The translations under genes were made by a program, and so were the position numbers. Below, one piece after another: positions 49,401 to 61,400 of a stretch of DNA of 64,000 bases (its first letter is position 1; every line of letters starts with the position of its first letter). Below the pieces are notes generated by a model. That model had not been told where the DNA came from, made no database searches, and worked only from the letters and a program-made list of their open reading frames with translations. Source of the DNA: Spirochaetia bacterium (GTDB lineage Bacteria > Spirochaetota > Spirochaetia > SZUA-6 > Bin103); contig CBDBDQ010000005.1 in NCBI GenBank assembly GCA_965203905.1, positions 5,440,001 to 5,504,000 of the forward strand, written 5' to 3'.

Positions 49401-52400
49401 GGGGTGACGCTGACATCGGCGACGACGGCGACGCGGACGGTGGAGGTGGACACCACGGAGGTGGCGAGCACCACGATCACCGACACGGACACGGCGAAGA
49501 TCTCGATCGCGGATGCGGGGTCGGTGGACGAGGGCGACACCGCGCGTTTCGAGGTGACGATGTCGACTGCGGCAGCTCGTGACGTGGTGCTCTCCTACAG
49601 AACCTGGGACTTTTCGGCGCAGGCCGGATCGGACTACCGGGCCAAGGACGACACGCTGACGCTCGCCGCGGGCACCACGAGCGCGACGATTGCCGTTGAG
49701 ACGATCCACGACACGCACAACGAGGCCGCCGAGAACTTCACCGTGACGTTGACGCTCGACACCCAGGTGGAAGGGTTGAGCGTAGAGAACGGCAGCGCGA
49801 CGGCGGAGATTACGGACAACGATGCGTTGCGGGCGGCGATCAGCGAGCACGCCGACAACGTCCCCGAGGGAACGGCGGCGACGTTTACCGTGACGCTGTC
49901 GAGCACTCCGCCCGGTGTGGCGAGCACGACCGACGTGGTGGTGGTCTACACCGTAGGCGGCACCGCGACCAGCGACGACTACACCGCACCGAGCGATCTC
50001 AAGCTGACCATCGATTCCGGGGAGGAGAGCGGCACGATCATCATCCCGACCAGCACCGACAGCGTGCTGGACCCGGGTGAGACGATCGTGGTGACGCTCA
50101 CGTCGGCCAGCACGGCGGGCGCGGTGACGGTGGACGCGACGGCGGCGACGACCACGCTGGTGGAGCAAGGCACCGAGACGGTGTCGGTGGCGGCGGCGAC
50201 GGCCACCGAGGGAGCCGCGGCAAACTTCGTGGTGACCCTGTCGGGTGCGGTGAGCAGCGTGGTGGAGGTGTCCTACGAGACCTCCGACGGGAGCGCCGAA
50301 GCGGGCAGCGACTACACCGGCGTCAACGGCACGCTGACCTTCGGCGTGGGCGAGAGCCTGCAGCAGACGATCGCGGTGGACACGACCGACGACACGCTCA
50401 ACGAGGCAACCGAGAGCTTCACGCTGACGCTGACGTCGATTACGCAGTTGGCCGGCCTGAGTCTGGGCACGGCGAGCGCGGCCGGTGAGATCACGGACAA
50501 CGACGCACTGGCGGCGACGGTGAGCGCGGATCAGAGCAGCGTGAACGAGGGGGACGCGGCGGAGTTCACGGTGAATCTTACGGCCGGCATCACCAGCACG
50601 GCGCCGGTGGAGGTCAGCTACACGTTAGGTGGCACGGTCGGCAGCGCCGACTATACCGCGCCTGCCAGCCCGTTGACGATCGCGAAGGGAGCGGCGAGCG
50701 GCACGATCACGATCGCCGTCGCGGATGACGAAGTGCTGGATCCGGGCGAGACGCTGGAGGTGACGCTGAGCGCGGCGACGACGGAGACGCGGACGGTAGA
50801 GGTCAGCGCCACGGCGGCGAGCACCACGATCACGGACACCGACACGGCGACCGTGGCGATAGCGAACGCGACGGTAACCGAAGGCGACACGGCGAGGTTC
50901 GCGGTGACGCTGTCGCTGCCGGTGGCCAGTGCGGTCGAGGTCTCCTATCAGACCGCGCAAGGCAGCGCGCTGCCCGGCACCGGCAATGACTACCTGACGC
51001 ACAGCGGTACGTTGATCTTCAGGCCCGGTGAGAGCCTGCAGCATACCATCGAGGTGACGACGGTCGAGGACGAGCTCAACGAGGCGGACGAGATTTTCAC
51101 CGTGACGCTGACGCTGGACAGCCGGGTCGACGGGCTGACCCTGGAGACCGCCAGCGCCACGGGCACCATCGAGGACGACGACGCCGTGCCCGAGCTGGCG
51201 TTGACGTCGGTGACCCAGCGTCTGGCCGAGGGCGGCGGCAACATGACCTTCACGGTCAGCCTGGGCGCGGCCAGCAGTCGGATCGTGACCGTGGACTATG
51301 CAGCCGTAGACGGTACCGCGACGGCGGAAAAGGACTACGCCGTGACCCGCGGCACGCTGACCTTCCGCCCCGGGGAGAATCGCCAGCGCAGCATCGAGGT
51401 GACGATCCTCGACGATGACATGGACGAGGATGACGAGACCTTCGCGCTGCGGCTGAGCAACGCGACCAATGCGACGCTGGCCGGCGGCGGCGAGACCCTG
51501 GCGGCCACCGGCACGATCGAGGATGATGACGTGCTGCAGGCGGCGGTGAAGGCGGACGCGCTCACCGTGGCGGAGAGCAATCCGGCCACCTTCACCGTGG
51601 AGCTGACCGGCGGCACCAGCATGGCGGAGGTGCTGGTTGCCTATACCGTGAGCGGAACGGCCACCGCCGGCGCCGACTACACGGCGCCGGGCGGAATCCT
51701 GCGAATCACGGAGGGCGCCGCGAGCGGTACCATCACCATCCAGACGCTGGCTGACGACCTGCTGGATGCGGGCGAGACGCTTGAGGTGAAGCTGGTCTCG
51801 GCGAGCAGCGGCACGCGGCCGGTCATCGTCGACACCACGGCGGTCGCGACCACGACGATTGCGGATACGGATACGGAGACCGTCTCGATCTCGGATGCGG
51901 CGGCCGCTGAAGGCGATACCGCCAGCTTCGACGTGACACTGTCGGGCGCCGTCGCGAGTCCGGTCGAAGTGCCGTATGAGACTTCCAGCGGCACGGGAGC
52001 CACCGACGCGGGGGCGGGCGTCGACTACACCGTGACCCGCGGAACCCTGACGTTCGAACCCAACGGGGTGCGCGAGCAGTCGATCAGAGTGGCGACCAGC
52101 GAGGACAGCCTGAACGAGGCGAACGAAACCTTCACGGTGACCTTGACGAGCTCGGGTCTGCCCGACGGGGTGAGTCTGGGCACGGCCAGCGCTACCGGCA
52201 CCATCAACGATGATGACCCGCAGGAGGCGCGGGTCGGCGCCAACGCCGTGAGCGTGACGGAAGGCGGTGCGGCGACCTTTGCCGTAACCCTGACCGGCGG
52301 CACCAGCACCGCTGACGTGGAGGTCGCCTACACGGTCGGCGGCACGGCGACCGCAGGCACCGACTACACCGCGCCCGGTGGCACGCTCACGATCGCCGCC

Positions 52401-55400
52401 CGGGCGAACAGCGGTACTATCACGATCAATACCAGCACCGACAGCGTGGTGGATCCCGGCGAGACCCTGGAGGTGCAACTCACCGGCGCGACCACCGCGA
52501 CCGGGACCGTGACGGTGGACACGACGGCGGCCACGACCACGATAACGGAAGCGGACGAGGTGACGGTGTCGGTGGCGGACGCCACGAAGGAGGAAGGCGC
52601 CGCGCTGAGCTTCACCGTGGAGATGTCGGGAGCAGTGGCTACTCCGGTGGAGGTAAGCTGGGCTACCTCTTCGGAGTCGGCTGACACGGCGGTGGCGGAT
52701 ACCGACTACACTGCTGCCCGCGGCACGCTCACGTTCAACCCGGACCAGGCGCTGACCCAAACGGTCACCGTGACGACCGATGAAGATACGCTGAACGAGG
52801 CGAGCGAGACCTTCACGGTGACGCTGACGGCTTCCGACCTGCCGTCCGGTGTGAGTCTCGGAACCGCCACGGCGACGGGGACCATCACCGATGACGACCC
52901 GCTCCAGGCGGCGGTGGAGTCGATGACCCAGAACGTCCCCGAGGGCAGTCCGGCGAAGTTCACCGTGACGCTCACGGGTGGCACCAGCACGGCCGACGTG
53001 GTGGTTGCCTACTCCGTGACAGGGACCGCCACGGCCGGAACCGACTATACGGCTCCGGGCGGCCGGCTGACGCTGGCGCCCCGCGCGACCAGTGGCACGA
53101 TCACCATCGCCACGAGCACTGACGACATCCTGGACCCGGGCGAAACCCTGGTCGTGACGCTCGACACGGCGACTACCGCCGGCGCCGCGACGGTGGATTC
53201 GGGGACGGCCACCGCGACCATCACGCAGGCGGGCTCGGTCACGCTGTCGGTGGCGGACGCGGCTGCAGAGGAAGGCGAGGCCGTGACCTTCACGGTCACG
53301 CTCTCCGGTGGGGCGGCGAGCGCGGTGAAGCTGTCCTATCAGACTGCCAGCGGCACGGAGGCCACGGCAGCGGACGCTGCCTCCGACTACACGGCTGGCA
53401 CCGGGACCCTGACCTTCAATCCGAGTGCAAGCCTGGAGCAGACCATCGCGGTGGCGACGACCGAGGACACGCTGCACGAGGCGGACGAGACCTTCACCTT
53501 GACGTTGACGGGCGTGGATCTTCCGGCCGGCGTGGAGTTGGGAGACGCCACGGCCACGGGAACGATCGAGGATGACGACGACCAGCCCACGCTGGCGCTG
53601 ACCTCGGTGACCGAAAGCCTGGCCGAAGGTGGCGGCAGCATGACCTTCACCGTGAGCCTCGATACGGCCACCGGCAAGACCGCGACCGTGGATTACACGA
53701 CCGTCGATGGCACGGCGCAGGCCGGGAACGACAAGGACTACGCGGCGACCAGCGGCACCCTGACCTTCAGCCCCGGCGGCGTACGGCAGCGCAACGTTGC
53801 GGTGCGGGTCCACCAGGACGACCTGGACGAGGATGACGAGACGTTCCAGTTCGAGCTCAGCAATGCAACTGCTGCGGCGCTCGCGGGTGGCGGCAGCACC
53901 CTGGCGGTGACGCGGACCATCGTCGACGACGATGTGCTGGCGGCGGCGGTGACGGAAGTCGCCCAGAACGTGACCGAGGGCAACGCCGCGCAGTTCACGG
54001 TGACGGTGACCGGCGGCACGAGCACGGCGAACGTGGTGGTCGCCTACGCCGTGGGCGGCACCGCCACCGCCGGCGCCGACTACACTGCGCCGAGCGGCAC
54101 CCTGACGCTCACCGCGGGCGCTGCCACCGGCACCATCGCGATAACCACGTTGACCGACCAGGCGCTGGATACCGGCGAGACCCTGGAGGTGAGGCTGGTC
54201 TCGGCGAGCACCGCTACCCGGACCGTGGTGATAGATGCCACGGCCGCGGCCACCACCAGCATCGTGGACGCCGGCGCGGTGACCGTGTCGGTCGCGGACG
54301 CGACGGTAGTGGAGGGTGCGACCGCCAGCTTCACGGTGGAGCTGTCGGCCGCAGTGGCGGATCCGGTGGAGGTGACGTACGAGACCTCCAGCGGCAGCGG
54401 CGCCGGCGACGCTGCGGCGGGCTCCGATTACCCCGTGACCAGCGGTACGCTGACCTTCAGCCAGGGCGGCGCCCTGGAGCAGACGATCAGGGTGCCGACC
54501 ACCCAGGACAACCTCAACGAGCCCAGCGAGATCTTCAAGGTGACCCTGGAGGGTCCCGATCTGCCCGCGGGGGTGGTGCTCGGAGACGCCGAGGCGACCG
54601 GGACCATCACCGATGACGACCCGCTGCGGGTGACGCTGCGGGCGGAGGCGCAGAACGTCCCCGAGGGCGAGGTGGCCAGCTTCACGGTGACGGTGCGGGA
54701 CAACACCAGCACGGCCGACGTGGTGGTCGACTACACGGTGGCAGGCACGGCGGAGCAGGACGTCGACTACACGGCGCCGGACGGCAGCCTGACGATCAGG
54801 CAGGGCAAGTCGAGTGGCACCATGGCCATCACGACACTCACCGACGACCTGCTGGATCCGGGTGAGACCCTGGAGGTGACCCTGACTCGAGCCACCACGG
54901 CCGGGCGCAGCGTGACGGTAGACACCACCGCCGTGACCACGACGCTGGCGGAACAGAGCACGGTAACCGTATCGGTGCGGGCGTCGACCGGGGGCGGCGG
55001 CGCCGTCACGGCAGTCGAGGGCGAGCCGATGCAGTTCACGGTGAACCTGTCGGGCGTGGCGGCGATTGCCGTCGAGGTGCCCTACCAGACCGCGAACGGC
55101 ACGGCTCAAGCCGGCGTAGACTATGCCGCGACCAGCGGCACGCTGATATTCGCGCCCAACGAGACCAGCAAGACGGTCACGGTGCCCACCATCGAGGACC
55201 AGCTCAACGAGACGGACGAGACCTTGACCCTGACGCTGACCGAGCAAGGCTTGCCGTTCGGCGTGGATCTGGAAACCTCCAGCCTGACCGGGACCATTAC
55301 CGATGACGACCCGCTGAGCGTCCGGGTGCGCGCGCCATCCGGCAGCGTGACCGAAGGCGATCCGGTGACCTTTATGGTGGAGCTCAACGGCACCAGCACC

Positions 55401-58400
55401 GCGAACGTGGTCGTCAGCTACACGGTGACCGGGACCGCCGCGGTGGGCACCGACTACACCGCTCCCAGCGGCGCGCTGACGATTTGGACACCTGCCTCGA
55501 GTGGCACGATCACGATCCACACCATCGACGACCACGTGCTGGAAGCTGACGACAACCTCTCGGTGACGCTGATATCGGCGGCCTCGGCAGGTACGGTCTC
55601 GGTCGACGACGCCGCTGCCACGGCGACCGCCACGATCGCCGACAACGACGAGGTAACCGTGTCGATTCGACCGCGGGGATCGACTTCAGCCGGAAGATCG
55701 GCGCGAGCCGCGCAGACGGCAGGTGGCTTTACCGTGCAGGAAGGCGCCACGATGTCTTTCTCCGTGGACCTGTCGGGCCAGATAGCGGCAGGAGTGGAGG
55801 TGAAAATCGAGTACGGCACCGAGGACGGCACGGCACGGGCCAACGAGGACTACCACCCGAGCAGCGGCACGCTGACCTTCACCCACAGCGACGCCAGCAA
55901 GACGGTGACGGTACGGACGATGGAGGACCAGTACAACGAGGCGGGCGAGACCTTCGCGCTGACGATCAAGTTGGCGCCGGGCAATCCACCGGGAGTCAAT
56001 CTTGGGATACACGCCGTAACTGCAACGATCATCGATAACGACCCGCTGCAGGCAACGGTCAGAGCCGACGATGCGGTGGTGCGTGAAGGTGAGTCGGCGA
56101 CGTTCACGGTCACTATAGCGCCTGCAGACGTCACCAGCACGGCAGATGTGCTGGTCGAGTACCAGGTGACCGGCACGGCAATCAGTGGCAGCGACTACAC
56201 GGCGCCGGCGGGCAGGTTGACGATCGGGCAGGGCAGGTCGAGCGGCACGCTCACGATTGACACGCGCCGTGACAGTAATCCCGAGCGCGATGAGACCCTG
56301 CGGGTGACGTTGGTGCGGGCGAGCTCGGCGGGTGAAGTGACGGTCGGCGCAACGGACGCCGTGACGACGATAACGGAGGATGTAGAGGATGTAACGGTCT
56401 CGGCGGAAGATGTCTCGGCGCCTGAAGGCGAGGCGGCGCTCTTGGTGGTGACGCTGTCGGACCCGGTGGACCAGACGGTGGAGGTCTTCTATCGGACCAC
56501 GGGTGGCAGCGGAGCCCGCGGCGCGATTGAGGGCACGGACTATACGGGAAAGAGCGGCACGCTGATTTTCGATCCGGGCGGGACGCTGCGGCAGACCATC
56601 ACGGTGGAGACGACCGAGGACAGGCTGAACGAGGCGGACGAGACGTTTGACGTGAACTTGGTGACACAGCTCGGCGGGCCGAGCGTCGTGACGCCCGCCG
56701 TAGCTGCAACGATCGTCGATGACGACCCGCTTCAGGCGACGGTTCGCGCCGACGATGCGGTGGTGGGTGAAGGTGAATCGGCGACGTTCACGGTCACTCT
56801 AGGGCCTGCTGACGTCACCAGCACGGCAGATGTGGTGGTCAGCTACCACGTGACCGGGACCGCGACCCGCGGCAGCGACTACCCGGCGCCCGCGGGCACC
56901 TTGACCATCGGGCGGGGCATGGCGAGCGGCACGATCACGATTGCGACGCTGCCCGACACGGTGCTCGAGCTGGATGAGACCCTGCGAGTGACGTTGCTGC
57001 AGGCGACTTCGGCGGGTGAAGTGACGGTCGGCGCTGCGGCTGCGGTGACGACGATAACTGACGACGACGTCACGCTCTCAGCGGAAGATGTCACGGTGGC
57101 CGAAGGCACCGCCGCCGTCTTCGTGGTGACGCTGTCGCACCCGGTGGACCAGACGGTGGAGGTCTTCTATCGGACCACGGGTGGCAGCGGAGCCCGCGGC
57201 GCGATTGAGGGCACGGACTATACGGGAAAGAGCGGCACGCTGACCTTCGATCCGGGCGGGACGCTGCGGCAGACCATCACGGTGGAGACGATCGAGGACA
57301 GGCTGAACGAGGCGGACGAGCCGTTTGCCATGGCACTGTCGTTGGTGACTCCGGTCGGCGGGCTCAGCGTCGGGACACCTGTCGTGGTGGCGACGATCCG
57401 TGATGACGATGAGCTGCAGGCGGTGGTGCGGGCCGACAAACAGGTAGTGCGCGAAGGCGAGCCGGCGACGTTCACGGTTACTCTAGGGCCTGCAGACGTC
57501 ACCAGCACGGCAGAAGTGGTGGTCGAGTACCAGGTGACCGGCACGGCGACCAGCGGCAGCGACTACCCGGCGCCCGCGGGCAACCTGACCATCGGGCGGG
57601 GCACGGCGCGCGGCACGATCACGATTGCGACGCTGCCCGACACGGTGCTCGAGCCGGATGAGACCCTGCGAGTGACGTTGCGGCAGGCGACTTCGGCGGG
57701 TGAAGTGACGGTCGGCGCTGCGGCTGCGGTGACGACGATAACTGACGACGACGTCACGCTCTCAGCGGAAGATGTCACGGTGGCCGAAGGCACCGCCGCA
57801 GTCTTCGTGGTGACGCTGTCGGACCGGGTGGACCAAGCGGTGGAAGTCTCCTATCGGACCTCGATGGCCTCCGGAGGAGTCACGGCCGTTGTGGCCACCG
57901 ACTACACCGCAACCAGCGGCACGCTGACCTTCGATCCGGGCGGGACGCTGCGGCAGACCATCACGGTGGAGACGATCGAGGACAGGCTGAACGAGGCGCA
58001 CGAGAGGTTCGCCTTGAGACTGAACTTGGTGGCGCAGGTCGGCGGGGTCAGCGTCGGGACACCTGTCGTGGCGGCGACGATCCTGGATGACGATGAGCTG
58101 CAGGCGGTGGTGCGCGCCGACAAACAGGTAGTGCGTGAAGGTGTATCGGCGACGTTCACGGTCACCCTAGGGCCTGCAGACGTCAACAGCACGGCAGATG
58201 TGCTGGTCGAGTACCAGGTGACCGGGACCGCAACCAGCGGCAGCGACTACACGGCGCCCGCGGGCAACCTGACCATCGGGCGGGGCACGGCGCGCGGCAC
58301 GATCACGATTGCGACGCGGCCCGACACGGTGCCCGAGCTGGATGAGACCCTGCGGGTGACGTTGCTGCAGGCGACTACGACGGGTGAAGTGACGGTCAGT

Positions 58401-61400
58401 CCAGCGGCTGCGGTGACCAGGATAACTGACGACGACGTCACGCTCTCGGCGGAAGATGTCAAGGCGCGCGAAGGCGCCGCGGCAGTCTTCGTGGTGACGC
58501 TGTCGGACCGGGTGGACCAAACAGTGGAGGTCTCCTATCAAACTACGGGCGGTAGCGGAACCCGTGGCGCGGTTGAGGGCGTGGACTACCAGGGCCGAAA
58601 GGGCACGCTGACCTTCGTTCCTGGTGGGACGCTGCGGCAGACGATCAGGGTCGAGACGACCGGAGACAGGCTGAACGAGGCGGACGAGATGTTTGCCCTG
58701 AGATTGGAAGCTCACATCGCCGGGCTAACCGTTGGGACGCCCGTCGTGGTTGCGACGATCCTGGATGACGATGCGCTGCGGGCGGCGGTACGTGCGGACC
58801 AACAGGTCGTGCCGGAGGGCGAGCCGGCGACGTTCACGGTAACCCTGTCGAGCACTCCTCCCGGTGCTACGAGCACAACCGAGGTGGTGGTTGACTACGT
58901 TGTCGCCGGCTCAGCGAGCTCGGGTATCGATTACACGGCGCCAGCCGAGTCGCTGACGATCGCGGCTGGGGCGCCGAGTGGCACGATCACGATCGAGACT
59001 GTCCTCGACGGAGAGATCGAGCCCGCCGAGACGCTGCAGATAGTGCTCGAAACGGCGCGTTCGGCCGGTGAGGTGATGGTGGACACAACGCCGGCGACCG
59101 CTACGACTTCGGAGCAGGCCCCGTTGCGGGCGGAAGTGCAGGCCTTGGCCGGCAGCGTGGCCGAGGGCGAGTCCGCGCAGTTCCGGGTGACGTTGTCAGG
59201 CGGTACGAGCACCTCTGAGGTAGTTGTCGACTATCTCGTGGAGGGTACGGCCACCCCGGATCAGGACTACACGACACCGAGTGGCAAACTGACGATCGCC
59301 GCTGCGGCCGCGAGCGATACTATTACCATCGAGACACTGCACGATTTGGTGCTCGATCCCGACGAGACCCTGACGCTGCGGCTTGCCAGCGCTCGGTCCG
59401 CGACCCGGGGCGTACGGGTCGTGACGACTCCGGTAACCACGACGATCACCGATGACGGCACGGTGCTGGTGTCGGTTGCGGGTGAGCCCGTTCTCGAGGG
59501 CAGCTTGGCGTACTTCGAGGTCGCACTGGACGGCCCGGTGGCTGCAGCGGTGGAGGTGACGTACGAGACCAAGGACGGTACGGCACAGGCCGGCGCCGAC
59601 TATACCGCGACGAACGGTGTGGTAACGATTCCCGAGGGCGCACTCGGGGGCACCATTACGGTAGCGACGAGTCCGGATTCGCTGAACGAGGCGGCTGAGT
59701 CTTTTGCGCTGCAGCTGACGTTGAGACGCGATCTCAGTGGGCTGGTTCTGGCGACGGACAGGGTCACGGGAACGATCACCGATGACGACCCGCTGACGGC
59801 GACGGTAAGCGCGGCTACCGGGATCATTGCCGAGGGCGAGTCAACTACCTTCGAGGTGACGCTTACGGGCGGCACCAGCACCGCCGACGTGGAGGTCGAC
59901 TACACCGTCGGCGGCACGGCGGACGCCGGCAACGACTACACGCCGCTGAGCGGCACGCTGACGATCTTGGCTGGCGCCGCCAGTGGAGCGATCACCGTCG
60001 ACACCTACATCGACCACATCGGCGGGACGATCGATCCCGACGAGACTCTGGTAGTTACGCTGGACGCGGCAAGATCCGCCGGTGAGGTCATGGTGGACCG
60101 GACGCCCGCAACGACGACGATCGCTAGAGTTTCGGTGTCGGTGGCGGCGGCAACGGCACAGGAAGGCGAGCCCCTGAGATTCGTGGTGACCCTTGCCGGC
60201 GAAGTAACGAGGGCCGTGGCGGTGTCCTACGGGACTTCCAACGGTACGGCGCAGGCCGGCAAGGACTACACGGCGGCCAGCGGCACGCTGACGTTCGAGC
60301 CGGCCGCGCTTGAGCGGGCGTTCACGGTTACGGTCGCGACCAGCCAGGATGAGCTGGACGAGGCCGACGAGACCTTCATATTGACGCTGCGCGACCCGGT
60401 CAACGCCGAGCTCGGGGACGACTACCGTGCGCCGGGTACGATCATCGATGACGACGCCGCGCCCGAGATGACGATCGCGGACGCGGTAGCCATCGAGAGA
60501 GTGGGAACGATGGTGTTCCCGGTGAGGCTGTCGACGGAGAGCGGACGCCAGCTGGCGATCCAGTACCATACTGAAGACGTTACGACGACGGCCGGAGAGG
60601 ATTACCGGGAGGTGGCACAGCGCACCCTGACCATCGAGCCGGGGCAGACCGTCGCCGAGATCCGGATCAAGGTGCACAACGACAGCCTGGACGAGGCGGA
60701 CGAGACCTTCGAGGTGCGGCTGAGCGAGGCGCAGCATGTAGCCCTGGCCGACCGCGCCGCTACCGGCACTATCATCGACGATGACGCGCCGGTGGCACAC
60801 GTCTGGTTGTCGCGTTTCGGGCGCACGGTGGCTACCCATGTGCTGAATGCGGTGGACGATCGCCTTGCCCGGACATCGAGCCGCAGTTCCCAGGTGACGG
60901 TGGCCGGCCGGAGGCTGCAGCCGACCGCTGTTGCGGCAACGCCGCAGGAGTTCGTGGCGACCCCGTTCCGCGTGATGGAGGGTCGCGAACTGCTGAACGG
61001 CAGCTCCTTTCGCCTGGCGGTGGACTACGGGAACGAGGAGTCCTCCGCCAGCGCGGCTACGTGGACCGCCTGGGGCCGCGCCGCGGTGACGCGATTGGCG
61101 GGGGAGGAAGGTGAAGTCGACCTGAAGGGCAATGTGATCACCACCGCCCTGGGCGTCGACTACGACTGGGGCCCGGTTCTGGCCGGACTGGCACTGGCAT
61201 ACAGCGGTGGCGGAGCCGACTATGGGGTGTCGAGGCCGAAACTGGAACTGGCCGCGGGCGACGTTGGAAGCTGGCTCATCAGCGCGCATCCCTATGCGCG
61301 GGTAACGGTGATCGACGGGTTGGAGGTATGGGGCCTGCTCGGTTACGGTCTGGGCATGGTGACACAGGTCGAAGACGATGAAGACGACAAGGACGAGGCT

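Noticed and set aside
50625-55535. 1636-aa antisense ORF and other long opposite-strand or alternate-frame ORFs (e.g. 29109-31712, 48207-50168, 880-2115)
   Set aside because: Shadow ORFs caused by high GC and codon bias of the real genes; Arg/His/Gly-rich with no motifs
45849-60780. CRISPR-like or non-coding repeat array
   Set aside because: The repeats are long in-frame protein domains without spacers, and there are no cas genes
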